The translations under genes were made by a program, and so were the position numbers. Of a stretch of 64,000 nucleotides of DNA, positions 36,880 through 49,341 are shown one piece after another. The stretch spans positions 12,395,109 to 12,459,108 of the forward strand of contig NC_068997.1 in assembly GCF_001194135.2 (NCBI RefSeq). The letters run 5' to 3'. The stretch is from Octopus bimaculoides (Eukaryota). The notes under the pieces are model-generated. The model searched no databases, was not told where the DNA came from, and saw only the letters and a list, made by a program, of their open reading frames with translations. Numbering within the stretch: the stretch's first letter is position 1; each line of letters starts with the position of its first letter.

Positions 36880-38290
36880 GTGCCAGTTAGATATCTCAGC
36901 TGCATAGTTGGTTTAAACGTTGTCCCAAAAACCATTTCCTCAAAGTGTTCCATCTGTGTTGGCCATCACTGGGGAACAACAGCAACCCTTCTTCTTGTTG
37001 ATGTAGGTCACACCCCTTTTGGAAGTATGTTCCATGACCTTTGGTAATTTGTTGTGCTTAGGAAGACTTGACAAGCCAAGTGAAATTGTAGTTTTTGGCC
37101 AGTGCCAATGACACAAAACAGCTTCTGTGCCGGCGACGCGTAAAAGCACCCATGCCAGCGACGCGTAAAAATACCTGTGCCGTCGACACGTAAAAGCACA
37201 AATGCTGGTGATGCGTAAAAGCATTTGTGCCGGCGATGTATGAAAGCACCCATGCCGGTGACATGTAGAAGCACCCGTGCCGGTGATGCGTAAAAGCATT
37301 TGTGCCGGCGATGTGTGAAAGCACCCATGCCGGTGACATGTAGAAGCACCCGTGCCGGTGATGCGTAAAAACATCCGGCAGCTAACTCAGCAACAGAGTG
37401 ATGCACTGCCTTTGTATGGTCTTCCAGAAATTCTCAAAGCCAGTCTCTCATTAACACCTTTCGTCAGTTGTCAATGTTCAGTGTATCATTCACTAAATAG
37501 GTTCTTTGCAGATGTTATCAACCCACTAATAGATAAATATCAGTCCTATCAAAATATTTCAACATGACTAATAGACATAATTAAATATAGTCTTATTCAT
37601 TCCAGCGAGATAGTGAGTTTGGATGTGGTGAGCCTATTTACCAAGAATCTCACAGATGAGGCTCTATCGGTAGTTGGAGATATCATGAAATTGAATTCTT
37701 CAATTGGAGAATGTACCAGTGATCCAAAAGATAGCTTGATGGAGATGTTAACATTCAGTGCACAAGCAACATCATCATCATCACCGTTTAATGTCTGCTT
37801 TCATACTGGCATGAGTTAGACAGCGCTTGATGGGAACTGGTAAGCTGGAGAGTTGCACCAGGTTCCAATCTGAATTTGGCTTGGTTTCTACAGTTGGATG
37901 CCCTTCCTAACGCCAACCACTCTGAGAGTGTAGTGTATGCCTTTTACATGTCACCGACACGGGTGCTTTTACGCATCACTGGCATGGGTGCCTTCTTATC
38001 TTGCAGTAGCTACCATCTCCTACTAAGCTTACCAGTTTTCCTTAGTATTCCAGTTTATCAGTACCAAATGCCATTTTTCTGCCTGCTGTAGTATCATTAT
38101 ACTGGTACCATTCTGCAAAGTTCTAATAACCATTCTTTTCCATCTTGTGATGATCAGTTCTGAAAGCCTTGCTTTTCTTCAGTGCTTCTCTCACTTTCCA
38201 TCTGATCTCATCAGACAGACCAGTAGTAAATAGACCTCTTCTAATACAGTTGTTGAAAGCATGGCTTGTGAATGGCTGTAGAAACCATGC
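36880..38290 (-). mobile_element. Degenerate Penelope-like retroelement RT region, interrupted by an RTE tail and internally inverted
   Basis: Minus 38290-38000: DEIRWKVREALKKSK..DKLEY*GKLVSLVGDGSY. Plus 37372-37770: LYGLPEILK..SLDVVSLFT..EMLTF. Minus 37035-36880: TYFQ..QQEEG..PVMAN..EHFEEM..KPTMQLRY. Confidence 0.8.
37130..37372. repeat. ~23-bp-unit minisatellite (gccggtgacatgtagaagcacccgt-like) within an RTE tail
   Basis: About ten visible units. Confidence 0.9.
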
Positions 38291-39036
38291 TGAAGCAGAT
38301 ACTGGAGCACAAAACAGTCCTTGGGTCACTCAGATACTGTCAGACCATCCCAGTCCATGTGAGCATGGAAAAAGCGGATGTTAAATGATGGTGGTGGTGA
38401 TGATGATGATGATGATATATAAATGTGTGTATATTGACATTGTTGTATAAATTTGATTGCAGAAGATCTGTGAAGGTTAGAAGAAAGGAAATGTATTAGA
38501 CATGTACTCATAAGTAGCCTAAAGAGGCGCCCTGAGAGAACAGTTGGGTATCAAAAGGATTGATTGATGTATGCAAGAGAGACAACTGCAATGGTTTTAG
38601 CCACGTGATGTGAATGAAGGTGGATGTTGAAGGGGGGGGGGACGATTTTGGTCCTAACAATGAAGTAAACCCTGGTAGAAGAAGACCAAGCAAAACAGGA
38701 GAAGCAACATGGTGAAATCTCAGGATGCTGGCGTTGTCAGATGAGATGGATAACTCAGGATGAAGAATAGCAGCATGAAAAACCCAACTATTCTATGTTA
38801 ACACCTTTTATCTTTTACTTATTTCAGTCATTAGACAGCGGCCATGCTGGGGCACCACTTGAAGAATTTTTAGTTGAATGAATTGACCCCTAGGACTTTC
38901 TTTCTTTAAGCCTAGTACTTATTTTACCAGTGCTTTTTTTTTTTTTGGCTAAACTGCAAAGTTACAGGGATGTAAACACACCAACACCTGTTGTCAAGTG
39001 ATGGTTTGAGACAATCATACACACATAGATATATAA

Positions 39037-39073
<37 letters not shown>

Positions 39074-39823
39074 ATGTTCAGGTGCAATAAAGACTGTAAA
39101 CAAACAGGAAACAACTTCTATCCCATTCCAGGGTGAAAAACTAGAGGTAGTCGATAGCTTCCGCTANNNNNNNNNNNNNNNNNNNNNNNNNNNNNNNNNN
39201 NNNNNNNNNNNNNNNNNNNNNNNNNNNNNNNNNNNNNNNNNNNNNNNNNNNNNNNNNNNNNNNNNNNNNNNNNNNNNNNNNNNNNNNNNNNNNNNNNNNN
39301 NNNNNNNNNNNNNNNNNNNNNNNNNNNNNNNNNNNNNNNNNNNNNNNNNNNNNNNNNNNNNNNNNNNNNNNNNNNNNNNNNNNNNNNNNNNNNNNNNNNN
39401 NNNNNNNNNNNNNNNNNNNNNNNNNNNNNNNNNNNNNNNNNNNNNNNNNNNNNNNNNNNNNNNNNNNNNNNNNNNNNNNNNNNNNNNNNNNNNNNNNNNN
39501 NNNNNNNNNNNNNNNNNNNNNNNNNNNNNNNNNNNNNNNNNNNNNNNNNNNNNNNNNNNNNNNNNNNNNNNNNNNNNNNNNNNNNNNNNNNNNNNNNNNN
39601 NNNNNNNNNNNNNNNNNNNNNNNNNNNNNNNNNNNNNNNNNNNNNNNNNNNNNNNNNNNNNNNNNNNNNNNNNNNNNNNNNNNNNNNNNNNNNNNNNNNN
39701 NNNNNNNNNNNNNNNNNNNNNNNNNNNNNNNNNNNNNNNNNNNNNNNNNNNNNNNNNNNNNNNNNNNNNNNNNNNNNNNNNNNNNNNNNNNNNNNNNNNN
39801 NNNNNNNNNNNNNNNNNNNNNNN

Positions 39824-40465
39824 GGCACATAAAAGACACCATTTCGAGCGTGGCCGTTTTTGTGCGGGTGACACGTAAAAGCACCCACTACACTCTCTGA
39901 GTGGTTGGCGTTAGGAAGGGCATCCAGCTGTAGAAACTCTGCCAAATTAGATTGGAGCCTGGTGTTGCCATCCGGTTTCACCAGTCCTCAGTCAAATCGT
40001 CCAACCCATGCTAGCATGGAAAGCGGACGTTAAACGATGATGATAATGATAATGCCCACTCATTGACTAGCATGCTGGTGGCATGTAAAAAGCACCATCT
40101 GAACGTGGTTGATGCCAGTTACTCCTGACTGGCTCCCATACCGGTGGTGCATAAAAAGCGCCATTCGAACATGGTTGATGTCAGTACCCCCTGAGTGGCT
40201 CCTGTGCCAGTGGCATGTAAAGAGCACAACCAAGGTGTGGTCGATGCCAGTGCCGTTTGATTGGCTCCCATGTCGGTGGCACATAAAAAGCACCCACTAC
40301 ACGCTCAGAGTGGTTGGCATGAGGAAAGGCATCCAGCTGTAGAAATCTTGCCAGATCAGATTGGAGCCTGGTGCAACCTCCTGGCTTGCCAGTCCTCAGT
40401 CAAACCATCCAACCCATGCTAGCACGGAAAGCAGACATTAAATGATGATGATGATGATGATGATG
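39824..40465 (+). mobile_element. Two adjacent RTE-tail/SINE family-C copies with (GAT)n tails
   Basis: ggcacgtaaaaagcacc repeats, ggttggcgttaggaagggcatccagctgtagaaa core, catgctagcatggaaagcggacgttaaa(gat)n. Others at ~41130-41360 (-), 41825-42152, ~44000-44150 (-), 46540-47350, 49475-50000, 50923-51235 (-). Confidence 0.85.
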
Positions 40466-41071
40466 ATGGGCTTCTTTGAGTTTCCAGATCCACTCACAAG
40501 GCTTTGACTGGCCTGATACAATAGTAGAAGACACTTGCCCAAAGTGCCATGCTGCATCTTTGGAAAACAAATATTAAATTGCTACTATTGATGATGATGA
40601 TGATGATGATGATGGCCATCAAATGCACAAATTAAAAATTTTCGTGTAACTAAACTGAAACGGGAAAAGAAAAAAAGAAAAGATTAATTGCCTAATCAGT
40701 ATTTACCATTTATCAAATGTCTAATTAAGTGTAATTACATCAGGTTAATTAATTGCAGCAGTTCAGTCAAGCGCAGTCTAATTTAAAACATCATAAAGTA
40801 CCATTTAAGATGAAGGCATAAATTGACTGTAAACACCAATCTGTTATCTCGTCTATCTCTTACTTGGTTCAGTCCTCTGACTGTGGCCATGCTGGGGCAC
40901 CATTTTGGAAGGTTTAGTCAGACAAATTGACCCCAGCAGTTACTTTTCTAGTCTGGTACTTATTCTGTTGGTCGCTTTTGCCCAAACTGCTAAGTTATAG
41001 GGACATAAACAAACTAACACTGATTATTTAGTGGTGGTGGTGGTGGGGAGAAATGCAAACATACCATGCAA

Positions 41072-41136
<65 letters not shown>

Positions 41137-43645
41137 TCATCATCATTTAACGTCTGCTTTCCATTCTGGCATGGGTTGGACATCATCATCATCATCATCA
41201 TCGTTTAACGTCCGCTTTCCATTCTGGCATGGGTTAGACAGTATGACTGAAAACTGGTAAGCCAGGGAGCTGCACCATGTTCCGATCTGATTTGGCAAGG
41301 TTTCTGTGGCTGGATACTCTTCCTAATGCCAACCACTCTGAGACTGTAGTGGATGTTTTTTACGTATGTAAATATACACACACACATACATGTATGTGTG
41401 TCTGTCTATCTATCTATCTGTCTATTTATATATAAAAAGCCACATCAGATGCCATGATGGAACTAAGGTGTAGGTACAGGAGGTGGTCAGATTCTTCATA
41501 AGGAATAGACAACTACCATATATATAAATGCACACACACACCCACATACAGTTTCCATCTATATATATACATAACATTGTATGTATGTATGTCTATACCT
41601 ATGCATATTTGTATGTATGTATGTATATTTATGCATAAATATACATAACAACAGATGGTTTGAGGTTCACTACAGCTGTTTCAGACATGTTATCTTGTGC
41701 CTACAGTGGACCGTACACATTGGTAGTGCACAAGTGCGCTATTCCCCACTCTACCTTGGTGCCTTTATTATTCAAATACCTTGATTCTCTCAGATCCTGA
41801 AAATTTTATGATATAAGTATATATATTGGTGGCACGTAAAAAGCACCATTGGAGCATGGTCGATGCCAGTGCCGCCTGATTGGCTCCTGTGCTCGTGGCA
41901 CGTAAAAAGCACCATTCGAGCGTGGTTGATGCCAGTGCCACCTGACTGGCCCCCATGCTGTTAGCATGTAAAAAGTGCCCACTACACTCTTGGGGTGGTT
42001 GGCATTAGGAAGGGCATCCAGCTGTAGAAACCTTGCCAGATCAGATTGGAGCCTGGTGCAGCCTCCTGGCTTGCCAGTCCTCAGTTAAACTGTCCAACCC
42101 ATGCCAGCATGGAAAGTGGGTGTTAAACGATGATGATGATGATGATGACGATGAGAAAAGGAGAGAGAGCGACAGAGGTGTTCTTTCATCAAAGTTTAAG
42201 CCCTCTCTTGTTCACAATGCTGAAATGTTCCACAGTTTGAATTCTTTCACATTTTGCATCTATTTTCATCTTTCTCTGGCAAACTACTGAAATGAAATAG
42301 CGACTGGAAGGTACTAAAGGGATGAGCAACAGGTTTTGAGCTCATACAACTTTTTAATATCAGTTCATTTTATCAGGCTTGAAACGTGTAGCCTCAATGG
42401 TAGCTATATTTTACTGCATCTCTTGAATTATTAAGTTGTGGTGGTCATATAATACGCTATCTATGCAGTTGCTATTTATACTCTTATAACATTTATGAAA
42501 CTGATAACTGTTGAAAATGGCCTTTGCTCCTCATCAGGCATCTCGTTTCTGAATGTCAGAGTGCCAAAAATGCCATTGAACTAACAACCCTTATTTCACA
42601 ACTAAGGGCCATTTGGTGGCTGTTGGGGTTAGGGGTATTTTTTAGAGTGTTAATCTATTAAAGTGGTTATTTTTTTTTTATATTGTCTGTAAAGGAGGGC
42701 TATGTAGTTAACCTGATCTCAAGCCGAGTTTTGTGTCCAATGAAGGAGACGACGTTGACATGGGTGCCAGTCGTCTAATTTAGTTCGATTTCGATATACA
42801 TATATATATATATATTTAAAAAAATAACATCGACCACTAATGTGGACAATTAATGCGCTAGAAATAGATCACATCTTGTGTCTATTAAGACCTAAAAAGT
42901 TCTCAACATGAAATATAGCAGCATACCAAAAACGTGAGCGGGCAAGACATTTAAAATCACCTAAAAAAATCATTATTAAACAGGAACCAGGTTTCGGATT
43001 TAACAAATTCTTACCATTTGTCTATTCCTCATCAGCCTGATTTGTAATGTAACAGCAATTATCAGAATTGTATACATAGTTGCCCACCGCCATGGGTGCG
43101 CGTGCATATGGTTCTGCTAATTACAGCTTAATGGTAAAATTCAAAAGTCTTCGTTTTGGCTCGCTAATTTCAGGAATATATCCGCAGAAATATATATGTG
43201 CTTCTAAATTAAGTTAATTTTTTNNNNNNNNNNNNNNNNNNNNNNNNNNNNNNNNNNNNNNNNNNNNNNNNNNNNNNNNNNNNNNNNNNNNNNNNNNNNN
43301 NNNNNNNNNNNNNNNNNNNNNNNNNNNNNNNNNNNNNNNNNNNNNNNNNNNNNNNNNNNNNNNNNNNNNNNNNNNNNNNNNNNNNNNNNNNNNNNNNNNN
43401 NNNNNNNNNNNNNNNNNNNNNNNNNNNNNNNNNNNNNNNNNNNNNNNNNNNNNNNNNNNNNNNNNNNNNNNNNNNNNNNNNNNNNNNNNNNNNNNNNNNN
43501 NNNNNNNNNNNNNNNNNNNNNNNNNNNNNNNNNNNNNNNNNNNNNNNNNNNNNNNNNNNNNNNNNNNNNNNNNNNNNNNNNNNNNNNNNNNNNNNNNNNN
43601 NNNNNNNNNNNNNNNNNNNNNNNNNNNNNNNNNNNNNNNNNNNNN

Positions 43646-43660
43646 AAGTCAAATTTTAAG
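43646..43660 (+). CDS. JAZF1: JAZF1 exon 2, visible 3' end only (..SQIL-R); 5' part hidden in gap 43224-43645
   Basis: A AGT CAA ATT TTA AG|gtaagt matches the LSY(I)xR end of this JAZF1 segment; phase 2 joins exon 3 as AGA; the gap begins right after a poly-T tract. Confidence 0.8.
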
Positions 43661-44424
43661 GTAAGTCTTGAATTGAATTCACACACTTACACACACACAC
43701 ACAGACACACACACACACCAAATTTACTTGTCTATAATTTGATGCTATTTTAACTGGAAAACTTATGGTGTGACTTACGCAGGGCAAAGCTAAAATTGTA
43801 AAGGGAAAATATTTTGTACCAAGATTTATCACTAAATTAGGGATGCACTTCATACATGAATAAATACAGTGTGTGTGTGTGTGTGTGTGTGAGGTGGGGC
43901 TGAAAAGTTCCTGGCTTTAATGGTATCTATGATAGCCTCAGGGCGACCAAAGCCTTGTGAGTGGATTTGGTAGATGGAAACTGAAAGAAGTCCTTGATAC
44001 ACATCATCATCATCATCTTCAAATAACGTCTGTCTTCCGTGCTGGCATGGGTTGGACAGTTTCACAAGAGCTGGCCAGGTGGAAGACTACACCAGGCTAC
44101 TGTGTCTGTTTTGGCATGATTTTTACAGTTGGATGCCCTTCCTAACACCAAACAACCTGTGTGTCCTTGTGTCTATGTTTGTCCCTGCATCACTGCTTGA
44201 CATCTGTTGTTGGTGTGTTTACATCCTCTTAGTGGTTTGGCAAAAGAGTCCAACAGGATAAGTACTAGGCTTAAAAAAGAAAAATAGGTCCTGGGGTCGA
44301 TTAGTTCAACTGAAAAACCTTTGAGGCAGTGCTCCAGCATGGCTGCAGTCATTTTGACTGAAACTAATAAAAGAATGAAAGAATATATATATTCTAATCC
44401 TTATTTTGTAACTTTTGTTTGCAG

Positions 44425-44516
44425 AATATCAGCAGATGCTGCTAAAAGGGCACAAGCTGAGTTGATCCGAAAGCGGTCCCGCGCTCAATCCCCCGTGTGT
44501 TCTCCTTCAAATAATG
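44425..44516 (+). CDS. JAZF1: JAZF1 exon 3 (ISADAAKRAQAELIRKRSRAQSPVCSPSNN)
   Basis: tttgtttgcag acceptor, gtaagt donor; aligns with vertebrate FMTDAARREQESLKKK; phases 2/1. Confidence 0.9.
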
Positions 44517-44627
44517 GTAAGTGATTATCAACCAGATATAATACACCCAATAGACAAACTGGTGCTGTAAGCAATCTGTTTACATTCAGATAATGAAATA
44601 TCATGGTTATATCCTGTCTACATATAC

Positions 44628-45190
44628 CAGGGGTCAGCAAGCCGTAGTAAATTATCCCAAGTGGGGTAAAACTGAAATTCTTGAGGGTAATGAGGACTTA
44701 TTAGATATAAGTAAAATTATACAAAAAAACCTGTTCTTTGTTTCGACAAAAATTTAAATTTTGGCATGAGGAGGCACCTAAAATGGTGCTGCTTTTTACA
44801 ACAACCTACCTTTGCAAACAAGGATTTTCCACTCTAATGAACATAAAAACAAAGCAGAGTAATCGATTGGACCCCATAGACTGTATCCAAATTCTTTTGG
44901 CATCAGAATGTCCCAATTTTGATGTAATTGTAACAAAAACGAAACATCATTTCTCCAAAACCTGAAGCTTTTTGAAAAATCCTTTTGTTTGATAATGAGG
45001 ATCTTAATTTATTTTATCACATTTGTTTTATGCTTTTTATTTATAATTGTATTCTCTGTATAAATAGATTCAATAAAGCTTTTGAATTCAAAGAATCTAT
45101 GATTTTCTTCCTTTCAAATCAAATAGGTAAAGTTGACATAAATAAGTATATTTTGGAGTAATTGGTTAAAAAAACTTCCACAACTCCCTG
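44628..45190 (+). mobile_element. Non-autonomous hAT (Buster/Charlie-like) element retaining the transposase C-terminus
   Basis: CAGGGG...CCCTG ends; TSD ACATATAC/ACATATGC (7/8, central TA); LLFTTTYLCKQGFSTLMNIKTKQSNRLD resembles the hAT dimerisation-domain motif F.TTYLCE.GFS.L..IKTK.RNRL. Confidence 0.88.
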
Positions 45191-46368
45191 ACATATGCAA
45201 TATTTTCCAGACAAAAATTTACAACCAAAACCGGTAGACCATCTTATACAGCAAGACAACTTCGGAGGACCAAAACTTCCATGTGAAACGCAGCAGGGTT
45301 TGGGAAAATAGTAACAATGTTTGAATGTTTACACTATATAATACATCGACATGTATAATAGAAAAAATTTACATGATGCAAAGTCAGGGGACAAGTTTGA
45401 AGTGAAAGTAACAAGTTTAAACATTTCTCGGAGTGCAACTTGTATCCAACTTATTCCAGGTTGGTTTGATTAGAATAGAATCCAACATTCAGAATTGGAA
45501 TAACTAGAATGGCATATCCCTATTCATGAGAGTAATGGTGTGATTCTGTTTTCGTTTTGCAAGATTCCTGGTGTACAATTGTGTGTTGAAACAGTTAACA
45601 ACATGATTGTAATAATACCTCAGACTAAAAGACTGGAGTTTTAAGAATGCATTCTAATCTTTGTTCTAGAGTGAGAGATAGAATCTCAAACCCATGACTT
45701 GAGTTAGATACTTAGTATATTGTGAGTCAAGAAAGGTTTTATTAAAATTCCACCTTTAATCAAAATGCAAAAAAAAAAAAAATGCAAAACACCACATTGA
45801 TGTATACTTGTTAAGGCAGGTAATCAAATATTCCCCACTCAAAACAAGGTAACTAGAATAGCAGCACTTTTTAAAAACTAAGTAAGTACAAACCATGGAC
45901 AGATAAGATTTTTGTATTTGTTTTCCAACAGTCAGATTGAAACCTTGAGCAACAGATACAGCCAGAAATTTCCTAATGACTGGTATAAATGGACAATAGT
46001 CACAAGAGTGGGAATGGTATTAAGACATCAGCTGGCACATATTTAAGAATGTAATTTGAGGTATACTTTCTGAACAGATAAAAAGAAAACAAAAAAAAAG
46101 ACATGGTCAAACCTGACGTCTGCTCTGTCAAGAATGACTTGGAGCTTAACAACAACAACAACAGGCTTCACTCACAGCTATATTGAATTCACAGTCAGAA
46201 TGACATCCAGCTACAGAAACAATTTGCTCATGCAATTTGCCAGTATCAAAATTTCAATAACAAACAATAATGTATTCTGTTTTATGAGAAATGGATGTAA
46301 AATAAGTGAAACATTTCTGTAACTTTAATCAAATTTTCAGAACTCTTGTTCTTTTTATTCTTTCACAG

Positions 46369-46467
46369 AAGTCAACCATTCCAAAACTGCTCTTGTGTTG
46401 AACGTTGAACAGTCTAGCATGCAGTCATCGCCAACTACTACTTATACGCGAAGTAACTCTACGACAG
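46369..46467 (+). CDS. JAZF1: JAZF1 exon 4 (EVNHSKTALVLNVEQSSMQSSPTTTYTRSNSTT)
   Basis: ttctttcacag acceptor, gttggt donor, phase 1/1, open; ends like vertebrate RSSTPT-G. Confidence 0.85.
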
Positions 46468-46983
46468 GTTGGTAACAGGCCATGTTCTGTTTGTTTAATT
46501 TGCTACATAAAGTTTTTATATTCATATTTTTTTTTACTTTGCATGATCTTCAAACGTTGAGCCTCAAGTATGCAGTGGCCAGTGACTGAGACTTTTGCCG
46601 ATATGCTGTGCTTGCGAAGACCTGTCAAGCCAAGTGACACTATAGTTGTGGCCAATGCCAGTGTCATGTGACAAACATCCATGCCAGTGGCACGTAAAAA
46701 GCACCCTTTGGACATTGGGCCTCACGGAGACAATACTAAGTGACCGAGACCTTTGGCAATATGTTGTGCTTGAGAAGACTCATCCAGCCAAATGAAATCA
46801 TAGTTGTAGTCAATGTTGGTGTCACATAGCTGGCACCCATGCTGATGGTGTGTAAGAGGCACCCATTACACTCTCTGGAGTGGTTGGCATTAGGAAGGGC
46901 ATCCAGCCATAGAAACTATGCCAAATCAGATTGGAACCTGGTGCAACTCTCCAGTTTACCAATTTCAGTCAAACCATCTAACC

Positions 46984-47288
46984 CAGCGTTTCTCAACAGG
47001 GGATTCCACAAAAGGTTCCTAGGGGTTCCTCAAGAAAGAGTGAGATAAGCTAATGCTAATTTCATGATTATAATATTACTATACATGCATAACATATTGG
47101 TTATTCTAATATAGACATCATCCTAACTAACCTATTATATTATAACCATTGGGGATATATTATATATATGTATATATGTATTTGTGATTCATCATGTGAA
47201 CTACAATGGAAAAATATGAGAAAGATATATAATTTTTTTTGCAGGGGTTCCTTGAGATGTAATTTATCTTAAGGGTTGAGAGACATTG
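46984..47288. mobile_element. hAT-type MITE inserted into an RTE-tail/SINE copy
   Basis: CAGCGTTTCTCAAC ... GTTGAGAGACATTG TIRs split the host at ..gtccaacccatg..; flanks ATCTAACC and GGCCAATC are each 2 mismatches from GTCCAACC. Confidence 0.7.
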
Positions 47289-48046
47289 GGCCAATCCATG
47301 CCAGCATGGAAAGCAGATACTAAATGATGATGATGATGATGATGATGATTCATGAGATACTGGAGCAAGAATCTTCTGCTACCATAGCATCATGGCCTCA
47401 TGAGGGGAAACGGGGAGACAGGAACTCTGTGGAATCTTCTTAGTTGGTCTATATTCTAGTGCGTCTAAGAGCAGTAACTCAGCAGAATTCACCGTAATTA
47501 GGCTATAGTTCATTGAACAGTTGGCTCCATTGATTGAACTACTGGAGCACACGTCAAAAACTGATGTTTGATCCATCGTATTATTTTATTTATTTATTTA
47601 TTTTACATGTTTCAGTCATTCGACTGTTGCCATGCTGGGGCACCACCTTGAAGTTGTTTGAAGTGAAACAAATTGATCTCAGTCGTGCATATTGTATTGG
47701 CCTTTTTTGATGAACCAATAGCCTATGAGAACGTAAATAAACCAACACCGGTTGCTTTGTTGGGTGACAAACACACACATATATACAATGGGCTTCCACA
47801 CAGTTTCCATCTACCAAATTCTCTCACAAGGCATTGGTTGGCCCTGAGATATAATAGAAGACTTGCCCAAGGTGCTGTGCAGTGGTGTTGAACCAGAAAC
47901 CATGTAGTTGCAAAGCAAAGTTCTGTACCTATCAGCCATGCCTATGCTTGTATTAACCTTCCTTTTATTGAAGTCAATATATTTTATTGAAGTTGTTGCT
48001 GTTGTTGTCGTTGTTATAGCACTGTTTTTGTTATGTTGTTTTTCAG

Positions 48047-48140
48047 GAAGTGAATTTGATGAAGAAGAAGTAAGTGAAAATGAAGACAGTGATGATTCTT
48101 GGACCAATCAGGAAGAGTTCTCGTCTGATCTAATTTTAAG
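48047..48140 (+). CDS. JAZF1: JAZF1 exon 5 (GSEFDEEEVSENEDSDDSWTNQEEFSSDLIL-S)
   Basis: Matches GSEYDEEEVDYEESDSDESWTT..SSEAILS; canonical splice sites, phases 1/2. Confidence 0.95.
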
Positions 48141-48933
48141 GTTAGTTAAAATTCTGTTCTCTAACCCGATAGCATTGTAATTATCCTGTCAAATGTCATG
48201 TCTATTTAGTCACATTGTTTCCAATTAATCACGCTTTATCTCATAGCTTTGAGATTTTTGAGGATGTAATTGTCTATTTTTAGATTGGCATTGTAGGATA
48301 AGTGTGGGAGGCTGGATACGACTTGACAGGGCCAAGAAAACTCAAAATCACGTGATCTAGTGGTCTTGGTGGTGGTGATTTATCTGCCCACTAGTGATGT
48401 AAACAAGAATGCATTTTGCACCAAAAGCTAATAGGAGAGTATCTCTCGTGGTATTTATTGCAGTATAGTTTGTTCCAACAGAACATCCATGTTTAAGTGA
48501 GGATAAATATTACTTCTCGGTAGTAATACCGCCTCTGTCGCCAATAAATATACTTTAACAAGCACTCTGTAAAGTGGTTGGTGTTAAGAATGGTATCCAG
48601 TCATAGAAACCATTCCAAAGCAGGCGGAGGCTTGTGCAGTCTTTTGACTTGCCAACTCTTATTTCTTTGTTGCTCATAACGGGCTAAACATAGAGGGGAC
48701 AAATAAGGACAGACAAAGGGATTAAGTCGATTACATCAACCCCTGTGCGTAACTGGTACTTAATTTATTGACCCTGAAACGATGAAAGGCAAAGTCGACC
48801 GCGGTGGAATTTGAACTCAGAACATAATGGCAGATGAAATACCGCTAAGCATTTCGCCTGGCATGCTAACGTTTCTGCCAGCCCACCGCCTTCTTGTCAA
48901 CTCTTGTCAAACCAACCCAAGGGGGATGGACTT

Positions 48934-49122
48934 TAGCTCTTTAACATTCAGATTAGTTTGTTAAAATATAATGCTTATTTATTCACATTGTTTTGAAATT
49001 CATCATAGACTGTCTTGCAGCTTTTAAGATTTTGATGATGTGTTTGTTTACTGGTCAGTTTCAACAGAAAACAAGTAGAATATCTGGGCCAGATATGGTC
49101 AGTTTGAATGCTAAAGGGTTAA
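48934..49122. mobile_element. TTAA/CCCTTTAGCATT-type MITE just upstream of JAZF1 exon 6
   Basis: ttagctctttaacattcag ... tgaatgctaaagggttaa, homologous to the 27-kb copies in opposite orientation. Confidence 0.65.
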
Positions 49123-49212
49123 ACAAGAACGAGGCAATACAGGTTGTTTAAATCCATACCAGTGTATTTTACTGGTTGATCTTTTTTTTGGTTTTTTTTT
49201 TTTCCTTCACAG

Positions 49213-49341
49213 CATGAAGAACATGAAAGAAGTGGATGGAGATAAACCATTTAGATGTCCTGTACCAGGTTGTAAAAAACGGTATAAGAATATCAATGGA
49301 ATCAAGTATCATGCACGACATGGTCACCGCAAGGACGCACG
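49213..49341 (+). CDS. JAZF1: JAZF1 exon 6, second zinc finger (MKNMKEVDGDKPFRCPVPGCKKRYKNINGIKYHARHGHRKDAR)
   Basis: Near identity to KPFACPVPGCKKRYKNVNGIKYHAKNGHR; cag acceptor, gtatgg donor. Confidence 0.97.
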
